Assembly (NCBI GenBank): GCA_045576955.1
Contig: JAZNHM010000102.1
Location: 1-46,029, forward strand
Direction of reading: 5' to 3'
Source: Acutalibacteraceae bacterium
GTDB taxonomy: Bacteria > Bacillota > Clostridia > Oscillospirales > Acutalibacteraceae
Length of the DNA stretch: 46,029 bases
The translations under genes and the position numbers were made by a program. The number at the start of each line of letters is the position of its first letter. Position 1 is the stretch's first letter. Positions 29,507 through 38,919 of the stretch are shown here, piece by piece. Below the pieces are notes generated by a model. The model saw only the letters and a program-made list of their open reading frames with translations. It ran no database searches and had not been told where the DNA came from.

Positions 29507-30412
29507 ATGATTAAATCAATCCTTAAAATTATAATTGCAGTTCTTATGGCAATCAATCCTCAGCTGCCGGGTATGCTTGACCTCGGCAAGATGCCTCAAG
29601 GCAAACAAATCGACCTTAATGAATTTGACCTTGTGTGGAGCGATGAATTCAATGGTACTGAGCTTGACAGAGATAAATGGAGATTTTCGTGGTGGATCAG
29701 TGAGCGTAAGGGTGGCTATTGGCACGAGGATATGGTCAGTGTTAAGGATGGTAATCTTGTTATAAGAGCCGAGTATCTTGATACACCTCTTGAAAACAAG
29801 TACGCTGATTCGGGCGTTGATATGCCCGAATACAAGCCCGGCTGGTATACAGGCTGTGTTACAACCCGTGATAAGTATGAACAGTGCTACGGATATTTTG
29901 AGGTACGCTGTATTCTGCCTGCTGCAACGGGTATGTGGAGTGCATTCTGGATGATGAACGAGGGCGTATATAATGTCAATAATTCGGGTGAAGACGGCAC
30001 GGAAATTGATGTCTTTGAGTCATTCTACTACAAAGACAACTGGTGGGGCAACGATGCAATCTCAACCGGTATTCACTATGACGGCTATGACAAGGCGACT
30101 CACAGCGGAGTTGCGGTTGGCAAAATGTTTATAGAAAACAACCCTTATGAGGAATATAATACCTACGGCGTTGAGTGGAATGAGAATGAATATATTTTCT
30201 ATATCAACGGTGTTGAAACAGGACGCACCTCTGCAGGCGGAGTTTCAAAGAATCCCGAATACCTTCTTCTTTCCTGCGAATTTGCCGGTGAAAACGGTGT
30301 TCAATTCTCAGACCGCCACGGCACGGGAGAAATTGACAAAACACCCAAAGAAAATTGGCCTGCTGAATTCAAGGTAGACTATGTAAGATGTTATCAATAT
30401 AAGAACAAATAA
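29507..30412 (+). CDS. Glycoside hydrolase family 16, probably exported
   Basis: LVWSDEF, YGYFEVR, WSAFWMM, catalytic EIDVFE (ExDxxE), YGVEW, VDYVRCYQ. Hydrophobic N-terminus. Confidence 0.93.
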   Translation: MIKSILKIIIAVLMAINPQLPGMLDLGKMPQGKQIDLNEFDLVWSDEFNGTELDRDKWRFSWWISERKGGYWHEDMVSVKDGNLVIRAEYLDTPLENKYADSGVDMPEYKPGWYTGCVTTRDKYEQCYGYFEVRCILPAATGMWSAFWMMNEGVYNVNNSGEDGTEIDVFESFYYKDNWWGNDAISTGIHYDGYDKATHSGVAVGKMFIENNPYEEYNTYGVEWNENEYIFYINGVETGRTSAGGVSKNPEYLLLSCEFAGENGVQFSDRHGTGEIDKTPKENWPAEFKVDYVRCYQYKNK

Positions 30413-30458
30413 AAATAACCGAACCTTTACCTTTTGGCAGAGGTTCGGTTTTATTTTT
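30412..30458. terminator. Bidirectional intrinsic terminator
   Basis: AAAATAACCGAACCT…AGGTTCGGTTTTATTTT between convergent genes. Confidence 0.78.
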
Positions 30459-30807
30459 ATAACAGCTTTTCCTCCCAGTCTTTCTGTTTGAATCCGATGA
30501 GTATGAAATCGTCTGTAACAAGAAGCGGCCTTTTTACAAGCATACCATCCGTTGCAAGAAGCGAAAGCATTTCTTCTTCGCTCGTTTTTGGGAGCTTATT
30601 CTTCAAATCCATTGATTTATAAAGAATTCCGCTTGTGTTGAAAAGTTTTTTCAAGGGCTGGCCGCTGAGTTTGTAAAACTCCTTAAGTTCATCAATATTC
30701 GGATTCTCAGCTTTGATATCACGCAGTTCATATTCGATTTTATTATCATCAAGCCATTTTTTAGCTTTCTGACAGGTTGTGCATTTCGGATAACATATGA
30801 ATTTCAT
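30457..30807 (-). CDS. ArsC/Spx family (YusI-like) thioredoxin-fold protein
   Basis: YPKCTTCQKA, LFNTSG, DGMLVKRP. Confidence 0.93.
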   Translation of the reverse strand: MKFICYPKCTTCQKAKKWLDDNKIEYELRDIKAENPNIDELKEFYKLSGQPLKKLFNTSGILYKSMDLKNKLPKTSEEEMLSLLATDGMLVKRPLLVTDDFILIGFKQKDWEEKLL

Positions 30808-30892
30808 TTCAGCACCTCAATTTTAAAGGATTGTAACTAAAGTATATATCAAAATTAAGGATAAATCAATGAATCGGGTTGGTTTTTTGATG

Positions 30893-30921
30893 TTGAAGTG
30901 TGTAAAGATTTTTGCTATAAT
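30893..30921 (+). promoter_or_regulatory. Sigma-A promoter of GH110
   Basis: TTGAAG-17-TATAAT with TG extension. Its position argues against the ORF-track start at 30869. Confidence 0.65.
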
Positions 30922-30958
30922 AAATAAAATTAGTAATAAGAAAGTGCGGAACAATGAT

Positions 30959-32584
30959 ATGAATGAATTCAGTAGTATTTTTTTGAATATCAAAGACGGT
31001 GATACCGTTGTTCTTGAAGAGAATAAAACTTACCACGTAAGGCAGGATGATTCGTTTGAATTTGAAGGATATTTTTGCACAAATACTGCAAAAAGGCACG
31101 AAAATCCGAACGGTCTGAGACGTGTTGCACTTTTTTTGAAAGGTAAAAAGAATGTAACAATAGACGGCAACTGTGCATCTGTTATTGTTCACGGCAAAAT
31201 GACGCCGTTTCTTTTTGATAAATGCGAAAACATAATCATAAAAAATCTTACCGTTGACTATGCCTGCCCGACAATGTCGGAATTCAAAGTCATTTCAGAA
31301 AACAACGGTGTTTATGATATAAAAATCAACCCCGAATGTCTTTTCAGAATAGAGGAAGACAATCTTGTCTGGCATGGCGAATACGGTGCCGACGGCAATC
31401 CTTATTGGGAGGATAGCTACATCGGTAACCGCAGACACATCAAGGTGTGGAATCCCGAAACACAGACTACATCAGATTTCAACCGCAATAATCTGCCGTT
31501 TGAATCAATTGAAAAGCTTGATGAAAACACTCTTCGCGTCACGATGAAAAACAAAGATATTGCTTTGCCTGTCGGATGCACAATGCAGACCCGAAATATT
31601 GTCCGTGACCAGACGGGAAGTCTTTTTCAGAGAAGCAAAAATCTCACGTTTGAAAATCTGCGGATAAAATTTATGCACGGTCTTGGTATGGTGTCGCAGT
31701 TCTGCGAAAATGTGACTTTCCGCAACTGTGACCTGACTCCCGCAGAGGGCAGAACCGTTGCAAGTACAGCGGATTTTTTTCAGTTTTCGGGATGCAAAGG
31801 CAACCTTATAATTGAAAACTGCCGTGCATGGGGTGCGCATGATGACTATGTAAATGTTCATGGAACGCATCTGAGAATAGTTGAGAGAAACGGCAATAAT
31901 CTTACCGTTCGTTTTATGCACGATGAAAGCTGGGGATTCCAGGTGTTTGAGGTTGGTGATGAGCTTGAATTCATAAAGTGGAATACCCTCAAACCTTTCG
32001 GAAATATCAAGGTTACGTCTTTTGAAAAAATAAGTGATACCGATATCGTAATTACTGTTGATGGTGATATTCCTGAATTGGAACTCGAAAAGGATGTTGT
32101 TGAAAATGCAACATGGACGCCCAATCTCTATGTCAGTAACTGCGATTTCGGACCAACTTCGGGCCGTGGAATTCTCTGTACGACCAGGGGTGAGGTTATA
32201 ATTGAAAACAACCGATTCCGCAATCTGTGGGGGCCCGCACTTCTGCTTGAGGATGACTGCAATTTCTGGTTTGAATCGGGTTATACTAAAGAAATTATTT
32301 TCCGCAACAATCAGGTTATCGGATGCGATTTCGGAAAAACATGGGAGAATTCGCCCGTTATCCGTTATACTCCGAAGGTTATGGATGAAAACTCAAAGAG
32401 CTTTGTTCACGGCGGACTTGTGCTTGAAGGCAACCGATTTGAAAAGCCCACCCTCGGCAGATTTGCGATTCATCTTGATTATCTTGCCGAAGCAAAGATA
32501 ATCGGTAATTCATTCGATGCGCCCTATGATATATATACAAAATGTGTCGGTAAAGTGGAAGATCAAGACAACATAATAATATGA
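30959..32584 (+). CDS. GH110 alpha-galactosidase-like right-handed beta-helix protein (no signal peptide)
   Basis: VTIDGNCASVIVHG, GLGMVSQFCEN, ADFFQFSGCKG…AHDDYVNVHGT (catalytic Asp triad pattern of GH110), ENATWTP, RGILCTT, WFESG. Confidence 0.85.
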   Translation: MNEFSSIFLNIKDGDTVVLEENKTYHVRQDDSFEFEGYFCTNTAKRHENPNGLRRVALFLKGKKNVTIDGNCASVIVHGKMTPFLFDKCENIIIKNLTVDYACPTMSEFKVISENNGVYDIKINPECLFRIEEDNLVWHGEYGADGNPYWEDSYIGNRRHIKVWNPETQTTSDFNRNNLPFESIEKLDENTLRVTMKNKDIALPVGCTMQTRNIVRDQTGSLFQRSKNLTFENLRIKFMHGLGMVSQFCENVTFRNCDLTPAEGRTVASTADFFQFSGCKGNLIIENCRAWGAHDDYVNVHGTHLRIVERNGNNLTVRFMHDESWGFQVFEVGDELEFIKWNTLKPFGNIKVTSFEKISDTDIVITVDGDIPELELEKDVVENATWTPNLYVSNCDFGPTSGRGILCTTRGEVIIENNRFRNLWGPALLLEDDCNFWFESGYTKEIIFRNNQVIGCDFGKTWENSPVIRYTPKVMDENSKSFVHGGLVLEGNRFEKPTLGRFAIHLDYLAEAKIIGNSFDAPYDIYTKCVGKVEDQDNIII

Positions 32585-32586
32585 AT

Positions 32587-32620
32587 AAAGCACCTCGAAT
32601 CGGTTGATTCGGGGTGCTTT
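32587..32620. terminator. Bidirectional intrinsic terminator (GH110 / his operon)
   Basis: AAAGCACCTCGAATC-ggtt-GATTCGGGGTGCTTT. Confidence 0.82.
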
Positions 32621-32632
32621 CAATATGCATCA

Positions 32633-33268
32633 TTACTGCATCTTTTCCTGCTTGACCTTATGGTCAACAATGTGACGCTTTGCAAGTTCAGCAGTAACTT
32701 CGTCAAGGCTGATGCCCATTTCAATCATAAGAACGGTGATGTGATAGAGCAAGTCAGCAATTTCGTAAACGGTTTCTGCCTTGTCGCCGCCCTTTGCACC
32801 GATGATAACTTCGGTGCATTCTTCGCCGACCTTCTTAAGAATCTTGTCAATGCCCTTCTCAAAAAGATATGTGGTGTATGAACCTTCTTTCTTGTTAACC
32901 TTTCTGCCAACAAGCATCTCGTAAAGTCCTTCGTATGAGAATTCCTCGGTTTCGGGAGCTACGATATCCTCAAAGAAACAGCTTTCACTGCCTGTGTGGC
33001 AAGCAGGGCCGGCTTTGATAACCTCAATAAGAAGTGTATCCTTGTCGCAGTCTGTTCTGATTGAAACAACCTGCTGTGTGTTGCCAGAAGTTGCGCCTTT
33101 TCTCCAGAGTTCCTGACGTGAACGGCTGTAGAAACAAGTCTTGCCTTCGTTTATTGTAATTTCAAGGCTTTCAGCGTTCATATATGCAAGCATAAGAACC
33201 TTTTTGCTGTAATAATCCTGAACTATCGCAGGGATAAGCCCGTCTTTGTTATATTTAAGTTCAATCAT
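32633..33268 (-). CDS. hisIE: Bifunctional phosphoribosyl-AMP cyclohydrolase / phosphoribosyl-ATP pyrophosphatase
   Basis: [40 protein letters not shown]. Confidence 0.97.
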   Translation of the reverse strand: MIELKYNKDGLIPAIVQDYYSKKVLMLAYMNAESLEITINEGKTCFYSRSRQELWRKGATSGNTQQVVSIRTDCDKDTLLIEVIKAGPACHTGSESCFFEDIVAPETEEFSYEGLYEMLVGRKVNKKEGSYTTYLFEKGIDKILKKVGEECTEVIIGAKGGDKAETVYEIADLLYHITVLMIEMGISLDEVTAELAKRHIVDHKVKQEKMQ

Positions 33269-34026
33269 TTTTGTATCCTCATCTCTATGTTGTTGTCGTT
33301 AAGATATTTTTTCAAATCCCTGATGCTCAGTTCTTTAAAATGGAAAATCGATGCTGCAAGACCGGCATCAGCACAGCCTGCTTTGAAAAGCTCAAGGAAA
33401 TCTTCTTTCTTGCCTGCGCCGCCGCTTGCGATAACGGGGATTGAAACAAGGTCGCTGATTTTCTGAAGCATTTCAAGGTCGAAGCCCTGCTTTACACCGT
33501 CGGTGTCAATGCTGTTTACAACCAGTTCGCCTGCGCCGTTGTTTTCGCCCATCTTTGCCCATTCGAGAGCATCAATGCCAGTGTCGATTCTGCCGCCCTT
33601 GCTGAAAATGTGGAACGAGCCGTCAACACGCTTGATATCCATTGAGAGCACAACACATTGGTCACCGTATTTTTTGGCAGCTTTTTCAATGATTGATGGG
33701 TCTTTGATTGCACCCGAATTTACCGAAACCTTGTCTGCGCCGCATTTGAGTACTCGGTCAAAATCATCGAGAGTGTTGATGCCGCCGCCGACTGTGAGGG
33801 GAATGAAAATTTCGCTTGCAACCTGAGTGAGTACATCTGTGAAGAGTGCTCTTCCCTCGAAAGAAGCGGTTATATCATAAAATACAAGTTCATCCGCACC
33901 GCTGTCGTTATAGAAATGAGCGAGTTCAACGGGAGATGCGACGTCTTGAATTCCCTCAAAATTAACGCCTTTAACTACTCTGCCGTTGCGCACGTCAAGG
34001 CAGGGGATTATTCTTTTTGTAATCAT
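33265..34026 (-). CDS. hisF: Imidazole glycerol phosphate synthase cyclase subunit
   Basis: KRIIPCLDV…VVKGVNF, GADEL, SIDTDG, ASGGAG, AASIFH. Confidence 0.98.
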   Translation of the reverse strand: MITKRIIPCLDVRNGRVVKGVNFEGIQDVASPVELAHFYNDSGADELVFYDITASFEGRALFTDVLTQVASEIFIPLTVGGGINTLDDFDRVLKCGADKVSVNSGAIKDPSIIEKAAKKYGDQCVVLSMDIKRVDGSFHIFSKGGRIDTGIDALEWAKMGENNGAGELVVNSIDTDGVKQGFDLEMLQKISDLVSIPVIASGGAGKKEDFLELFKAGCADAGLAASIFHFKELSIRDLKKYLNDNNIEMRIQK

Positions 34027-34745
34027 TTCTGACCTCCTGCCGCCGCAAGTGCGTCCTTGAGGCTGAGTTTTCCTTCGTAGACAGCCTTGCCGACGATTGC
34101 GCCGTAGATGTTCATTTCTCTGAGAGTTTCAAGTTCGTGGGCAAAGGTTATGCCGCCCGAAGCAACAATATCAAGACCCTTGATTTCAGAAAGCTCTCTG
34201 TATATTTCAAGGTTGGTGCCCGAAAGCATACCATCCTTTGAAATGTCGGTATAAATAACTGTTGAAACTCCCGTGTCACGGAGCTTTTTGCAGAATTCAA
34301 CGGAGTTTACATTGGTTGTTTCCTGCCATCCGCTGACGGCAACAAGACCTTCTTTTGCATCAACTCCGACTGCAATTGCACTTCCGAATTCTTTAACAGC
34401 CTCTTCGACAAAGGGGTAGTTTCTGACAGCAGCCGTGCCGAGAATAACACGCTTTACACCGAGCGAAAGATAATCTTCGATTCTCTGCATATTGCGGATT
34501 CCGCCGCCCACCTCGATGAAAAGTCCGTCAATTTTTGCAGCTTCTCTTATAGCATCAAAGTTAACGGGCAAGCCGTCCTTTGCGCCGTCAAGGTCAACCA
34601 TATGTAAGTTAGTTGCTCCGTCCTTCATGAATTCCAGAGCCATTTCGGCAGGCGAGTCGGCATAAATTTTGACCTGATTGTAGTCACCCTTTGTCAGACG
34701 GACTACTTTGCCTCCGAGTATATCAGTTGCGGGAAATATCTGCAT
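34023..34745 (-). CDS. hisA: ProFAR isomerase
   Basis: IFPATDILGGKVVRL, HMVDLDGA, VGGGIR, YTDISKDG, ASGG. Confidence 0.98.
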   Translation of the reverse strand: MQIFPATDILGGKVVRLTKGDYNQVKIYADSPAEMALEFMKDGATNLHMVDLDGAKDGLPVNFDAIREAAKIDGLFIEVGGGIRNMQRIEDYLSLGVKRVILGTAAVRNYPFVEEAVKEFGSAIAVGVDAKEGLVAVSGWQETTNVNSVEFCKKLRDTGVSTVIYTDISKDGMLSGTNLEIYRELSEIKGLDIVASGGITFAHELETLREMNIYGAIVGKAVYEGKLSLKDALAAAGGQK

Positions 34746-34755
34746 AGTGCCCTCC

Positions 34756-35364
34756 TTATAACTCTGAAAAAGCCTTTAAAAGAGCAAGACCTTTTGCACC
34801 GCTCTTTTCAGGGTGGAACTGCATTCCGTAAACGCTTCCGCTTTTAACAATTGCGGGCACTGCAACGCCGTATTCGGCAAAAGCAAGTGTGTTTTCAACG
34901 CAGTTTCTTGCATAGAACGAGTGAACGAAGTACATATAGTCGCCCGGTTCAATATATTTGAATATCGGATCAGCTTTTGCGAGGTTGAGTTTATTCCAAC
35001 CCATATGGGGGATTTTTAAATCTGTGGGAATCTGACCTTCAAGAGGGCCGACAAAACCTTTGATGAGTCCGAGACCCATATGTGCGCCGTATTCGAAGCT
35101 CTTTTCGAAAAGCAGCTGCATTCCGAGGCATATACCGAGAATGGGTCTGCCCTGTGATGCAAGCTCACAAAGAAGCTTGTCCATTCCGCAGTCGCGTAGT
35201 TTTTGCGCCGCATCGCCGAATGCACCGACACCGGGGAGGATTATTTTATCCGCCGCAATGATTTCGTCTTTATCGCCTGTGATTTTGCATTCGATTCCGA
35301 GTGCTTTGAGTGACGATGAGAGTGAAAAAAGATTGCCGCAGCCGTAGTCAATTATTGCAATCAT
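34756..35364 (-). CDS. hisH: Imidazole glycerol phosphate synthase glutaminase subunit
   Basis: IIDYGCGNL, PGVGAF, GICLGMQ, PHMGWN, FVHSF, QFHPEKS. Confidence 0.98.
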   Translation of the reverse strand: MIAIIDYGCGNLFSLSSSLKALGIECKITGDKDEIIAADKIILPGVGAFGDAAQKLRDCGMDKLLCELASQGRPILGICLGMQLLFEKSFEYGAHMGLGLIKGFVGPLEGQIPTDLKIPHMGWNKLNLAKADPIFKYIEPGDYMYFVHSFYARNCVENTLAFAEYGVAVPAIVKSGSVYGMQFHPEKSGAKGLALLKAFSEL

Positions 35365-35951
35365 TATAAAATTCCTTTCGTTGAGGGAATTTCTCCGCCG
35401 AGAGTCTTATCCTCAAAAACAGCCTTGCAAAGCGCTCTTCCGAATGCTTTGAAAATGCCTTCGATGATGTGGTGGCTGTTTTTGCCCTCAAGCTGTTTTA
35501 TGTGAAGCGTGATATCGCTGTTGCGAACGAATGAAATGAAGAATTCTTCAACAAGCTCTGTATCCATTCCGCCGACAGCGGGGGTGGGAATGTGCACATC
35601 ATAGTTGAGATATGCTCTGCCGCTGATGTCGATGCTTGCGAGAATAAGAGTTTCGTCCATGGGAAGAAGAATGCTTCCGTATCGTGAAATACCTCTTTTT
35701 TCGCCGACAGCTTTTGCAAATGCCTGGCCGAGAACGATGCCTACATCTTCAACAGTATGATGATAGTCAACGTGAGTGTCGCCCACGCACTTAACCTTGA
35801 GGTCCATTCTGCCGTGGCGTGCAAAAAGCTCAAGCATATGGTCAAGGAATCCGCAGCCTGTGTTGATCTCGATTTTACCGCTGCCGTCAAGATTGAGTGA
35901 AAGTTCTATATCGGTTTCGTTTGTTTTTCTTTTGATTTCGGCTTCTCTCAT
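35364..35951 (-). CDS. hisB: Imidazoleglycerol-phosphate dehydratase (monofunctional)
   Basis: RKTNET, GFLDHML, HHTVED, PMDE, NSHHIIE, PSTKG. Confidence 0.98.
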   Translation of the reverse strand: MREAEIKRKTNETDIELSLNLDGSGKIEINTGCGFLDHMLELFARHGRMDLKVKCVGDTHVDYHHTVEDVGIVLGQAFAKAVGEKRGISRYGSILLPMDETLILASIDISGRAYLNYDVHIPTPAVGGMDTELVEEFFISFVRNSDITLHIKQLEGKNSHHIIEGIFKAFGRALCKAVFEDKTLGGEIPSTKGIL

Positions 35952-37012
35952 TTTTTTGCCTCCGTAATTTCTCTGATGCAGTCAACAAGTGTCTGCATAT
36001 CCTCTGCCGAACCGACGGTTATGCGGAGGTAGTTATCTATTTTTGCTTTGTTGAAATATCTTACAAGAATTCCTTTTGCGCGAAGCTCTGATGCAAGCTC
36101 GGATGCGGGAATCTTATCGCTCGATGCAAAGATAAAGTTTGCTTTTGAATCCGTGCATATGAAGCCGAGTTTTCTTAAGTCGGCAACCGTTTTTTCTCTT
36201 ATTTCAACAATCTGTGCGATTTTATCGTCATAGTATTCGTTATCCGCAATTGCCGCAGCTGCCGCTTTGATTGAAAGAGTGTTGAGGTTATAGGGATTGA
36301 ATGAATATTTGAGCTTGTTGAGGTCCTCAATTATTTCTTTTGAACCGATGCCGAAGCCGACGCGCAGACCTGCGAGCGAGTGGCTCTTTGAGAATGTACG
36401 TGTGACAAGGAGATTGTCATATTTGTTAACAAGTTCCATACAGCTTTCGCCGCAGAATGCCATATATGCCTCGTCCATAATCACAATATTATCAGGGTTT
36501 GATGAAACTATCTTTTCAACCTCGTCAAAGCTGAGTGCAAGACCTGTCGGTGCATTGGGATTCGCAATGACAATGTTTTTGTTTTTGCCGATGTAGTCGT
36601 TAACATCAATTGAAAAATCATCTTTGAGCGGTATCTGCTCAAGCTCAACACCAAAGATATCCGCATAAACGGGGTAGAAACCATATGAAATTTCAGGGCA
36701 GCAAAGCTTACCGCCTGCACCGCAGAATCCCATAATTGCAAATGCAAGCACATCATCAGAGCCGTTGCCGCAGAAAACCATATCGGGTGTTACTCCGAAC
36801 TGTTCTGCAATTGCAGAACGAAGCTCTTTAAGCTCGGGGTCGGAGTAAAGATTGAGCTTATCAATCACTTCTTCGCTGAGCACCTCTTTGACCTTCGGCG
36901 AAGGAGGAAAAGGGGATTCATTTGTGTTGAGTTTTATAACTTTAACGTTAACTTGTTCGCCCGGAGTATAGGGAACGAGTTTTTCGTAGTTCTTTGAAAG
37001 AAATCTGCTCAT
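35948..37012 (-). CDS. hisC: Histidinol-phosphate aminotransferase
   Basis: PYTPGEQ, KLNTNESP, GNGSD, NPNAPTG, DEAY, RTFSKSHSLAGLRVG. Confidence 0.97.
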   Translation of the reverse strand: MSRFLSKNYEKLVPYTPGEQVNVKVIKLNTNESPFPPSPKVKEVLSEEVIDKLNLYSDPELKELRSAIAEQFGVTPDMVFCGNGSDDVLAFAIMGFCGAGGKLCCPEISYGFYPVYADIFGVELEQIPLKDDFSIDVNDYIGKNKNIVIANPNAPTGLALSFDEVEKIVSSNPDNIVIMDEAYMAFCGESCMELVNKYDNLLVTRTFSKSHSLAGLRVGFGIGSKEIIEDLNKLKYSFNPYNLNTLSIKAAAAAIADNEYYDDKIAQIVEIREKTVADLRKLGFICTDSKANFIFASSDKIPASELASELRAKGILVRYFNKAKIDNYLRITVGSAEDMQTLVDCIREITEAKK

Positions 37013-37021
37013 GGGTTCACC

Positions 37022-38299
37022 TTATTTCTCAAATCTGATTGCCGCACTCTTGCCGTGAGCGTGAAGACCTTCGCGGTTTGCAAAGAGGACGATATTGTCC
37101 TTTACTTTGCCGAGTGCTTCTTCGGTATAGTAAATATACTGTGATTTTTTTACAAAATCATCAACAGAAAGGGGAGAACTGAATCTTGCAGTGCCCGAAG
37201 TGGGGAGAGTGTGGTTTGTTCCTGCAAGATAGTCACCGAGTGATTCGGGAGTGTTTTTGCCGAGGAAAATCGAACCTGCATTCTTAATTTTGTCAAGAAG
37301 TGCAAAGGGGTCGTCAACGCATACTTCAAGATGTTCGGGTGCAATCTCGTTTGCGATTTCGATGCCCTGCTCTATGTTGTTGGCAATAATGATTTTGCCG
37401 TTGGTGTCGATTGATGCTCTTGCGATTTCTTCTCTGGGAAGAAGCGGAATCTGCTTTTCAAGTTCTTCGCTTACTGCATAGGCAAGCTCTTCGCTGTCTG
37501 TAACAAGAACCGCGCTTGCGAGTTTGTCGTGCTCAGCCTGCGAAAGAAGGTCTGCCGCAACGAAAGCAGGGTTGCAAGTGCCGTCCGCAAGAACAAGGAT
37601 TTCGCTCGGACCCGCAATCATATCGATGTCAACAAGACCAAAAAGCATTCTTTTTGCGGTTGCAACGAAAACGTTGCCGGGACCTACAACTTTGTCTGCC
37701 TTGGGAACACTTTCTGTGCCGTATGCAAGAGCAGCAACTGCCTGAGCACCGCCGGTTTTTATGATTGTATCAACGCGTGCAATCTTTGCGGCGCAAAGGA
37801 TTGCAGAGGGAATATTACCGTTTTTATCGGGAGGAGTAACCATAATAATTTCGCTTACTCCTGCGATTTTTGCAGGGATAGCATTCATAAGCACGGTTGA
37901 TGGATAGCTTGCTGTGCCGCCGGGTACATAGATGCCAACCTTTTCAATCGGTGTTATCTTCTGACCCGAAACAGTGCCGTCACCGTTATTGATTTCAAAT
38001 CCCTCGTGAAGCTGTTTTTCATGGAAATTCCAAATGTTTTTCTTCGCAAGTTCAAGGGTTTCTATGAGTGCTTTGTCTTCATTTTCGTAAGCGGCATCGA
38101 TTTCTTCCTGAGTAACGCGAAGATTTTTAATTTCTGCCTTGTCGAATTTAAGGCTGTATTCCTTAAGAGCTTTGTCGCCGTTTTCTTTAACGTTTTTTAT
38201 GATATCGGCAACAATTGCTTCAACACCGCTTTCGAGTTTGATGTCTCTGGTGAGAATATCGCTTTTTTCTGCGCTGTCAATGTTGATTATTTTGATCAT
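37022..38299 (-). CDS. hisD: Histidinol dehydrogenase
   Basis: GIYVPGG, GGAQAVAA, GPGN, AGPSE, QAEH, APEHLE, GTNHTLPT. Confidence 0.98.
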   Translation of the reverse strand: MIKIINIDSAEKSDILTRDIKLESGVEAIVADIIKNVKENGDKALKEYSLKFDKAEIKNLRVTQEEIDAAYENEDKALIETLELAKKNIWNFHEKQLHEGFEINNGDGTVSGQKITPIEKVGIYVPGGTASYPSTVLMNAIPAKIAGVSEIIMVTPPDKNGNIPSAILCAAKIARVDTIIKTGGAQAVAALAYGTESVPKADKVVGPGNVFVATAKRMLFGLVDIDMIAGPSEILVLADGTCNPAFVAADLLSQAEHDKLASAVLVTDSEELAYAVSEELEKQIPLLPREEIARASIDTNGKIIIANNIEQGIEIANEIAPEHLEVCVDDPFALLDKIKNAGSIFLGKNTPESLGDYLAGTNHTLPTSGTARFSSPLSVDDFVKKSQYIYYTEEALGKVKDNIVLFANREGLHAHGKSAAIRFEK

Positions 38300-38919
38300 T
38301 TTGCCAACTCCTTTGTGAGCTTTTCCATAAGAGTGTCAATATCCTTACCTTTGAATTTGTAGGAGGATTTATTGGCAATCAGTCTTGCGCTGATGGGCAT
38401 AATCTGCTCGTAAACGCGGAGGTTGTTTTCTTTAAGAGTCTTGCCCGATTCAACGATATCGACTATAACATCGGAGAGACCGAGCAGGGGAGCGATTTCA
38501 ATTGAACCGTTGAGTTTTATTATTTCAATTTCACGGTTGAGTGATATGTAATAGTCTTTTGCGATGTTAACGAATTTTGTTGCAACTCTGAGAGGTCTGT
38601 CAAAATCCTCAACATAATCGTTCGGTGCAGCAACGCACATGTTGCATTTGCCGAGACCGAGGTCGAGAAGTTCGTATATGTCAAAATTACCTTCTTCAAG
38701 GATGTCTTTACCGACTACGCCAATATCTGCTGCACCGTGAGCAATATAAATCGCAACATCGGAAGGCTTTACGAGAAGGTAACGTACGCCGTTTTCTTCG
38801 TTTTCGAAAACAAGCTTTCTGTTGTCACTGTAAATTTCGCTGCAGTCGTATCCTATTGATGCGAAAAGTTCATATACTTTATCGCCGAGTCTGCCCTTGG
38901 GCAATGCAATGTTCAGCAT
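38296..38919 (-). CDS. hisG: ATP phosphoribosyltransferase, short form
   Basis: IALPKGRL, DIGVVGKD, VATKF, GSIEIAP, DIVESGKTLKEN. 207 aa, lacks the C-terminal regulatory domain. Confidence 0.97.
   Translation of the reverse strand: MLNIALPKGRLGDKVYELFASIGYDCSEIYSDNRKLVFENEENGVRYLLVKPSDVAIYIAHGAADIGVVGKDILEEGNFDIYELLDLGLGKCNMCVAAPNDYVEDFDRPLRVATKFVNIAKDYYISLNREIEIIKLNGSIEIAPLLGLSDVIVDIVESGKTLKENNLRVYEQIMPISARLIANKSSYKFKGKDIDTLMEKLTKELAK

Noticed and set aside
30457-30807. Arsenic-resistance locus
   Set aside because: Solitary ArsC/Spx-family gene with no arsR, arsB or acr3.
30869-30958. ORF-track N-terminal extension of GH110 (also those of ROK, ECF-S, hisZ, SPFH)
   Set aside because: The extensions overlap predicted promoters or lack an RBS. 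Downstream starts fit RBS position and family N-termini better.
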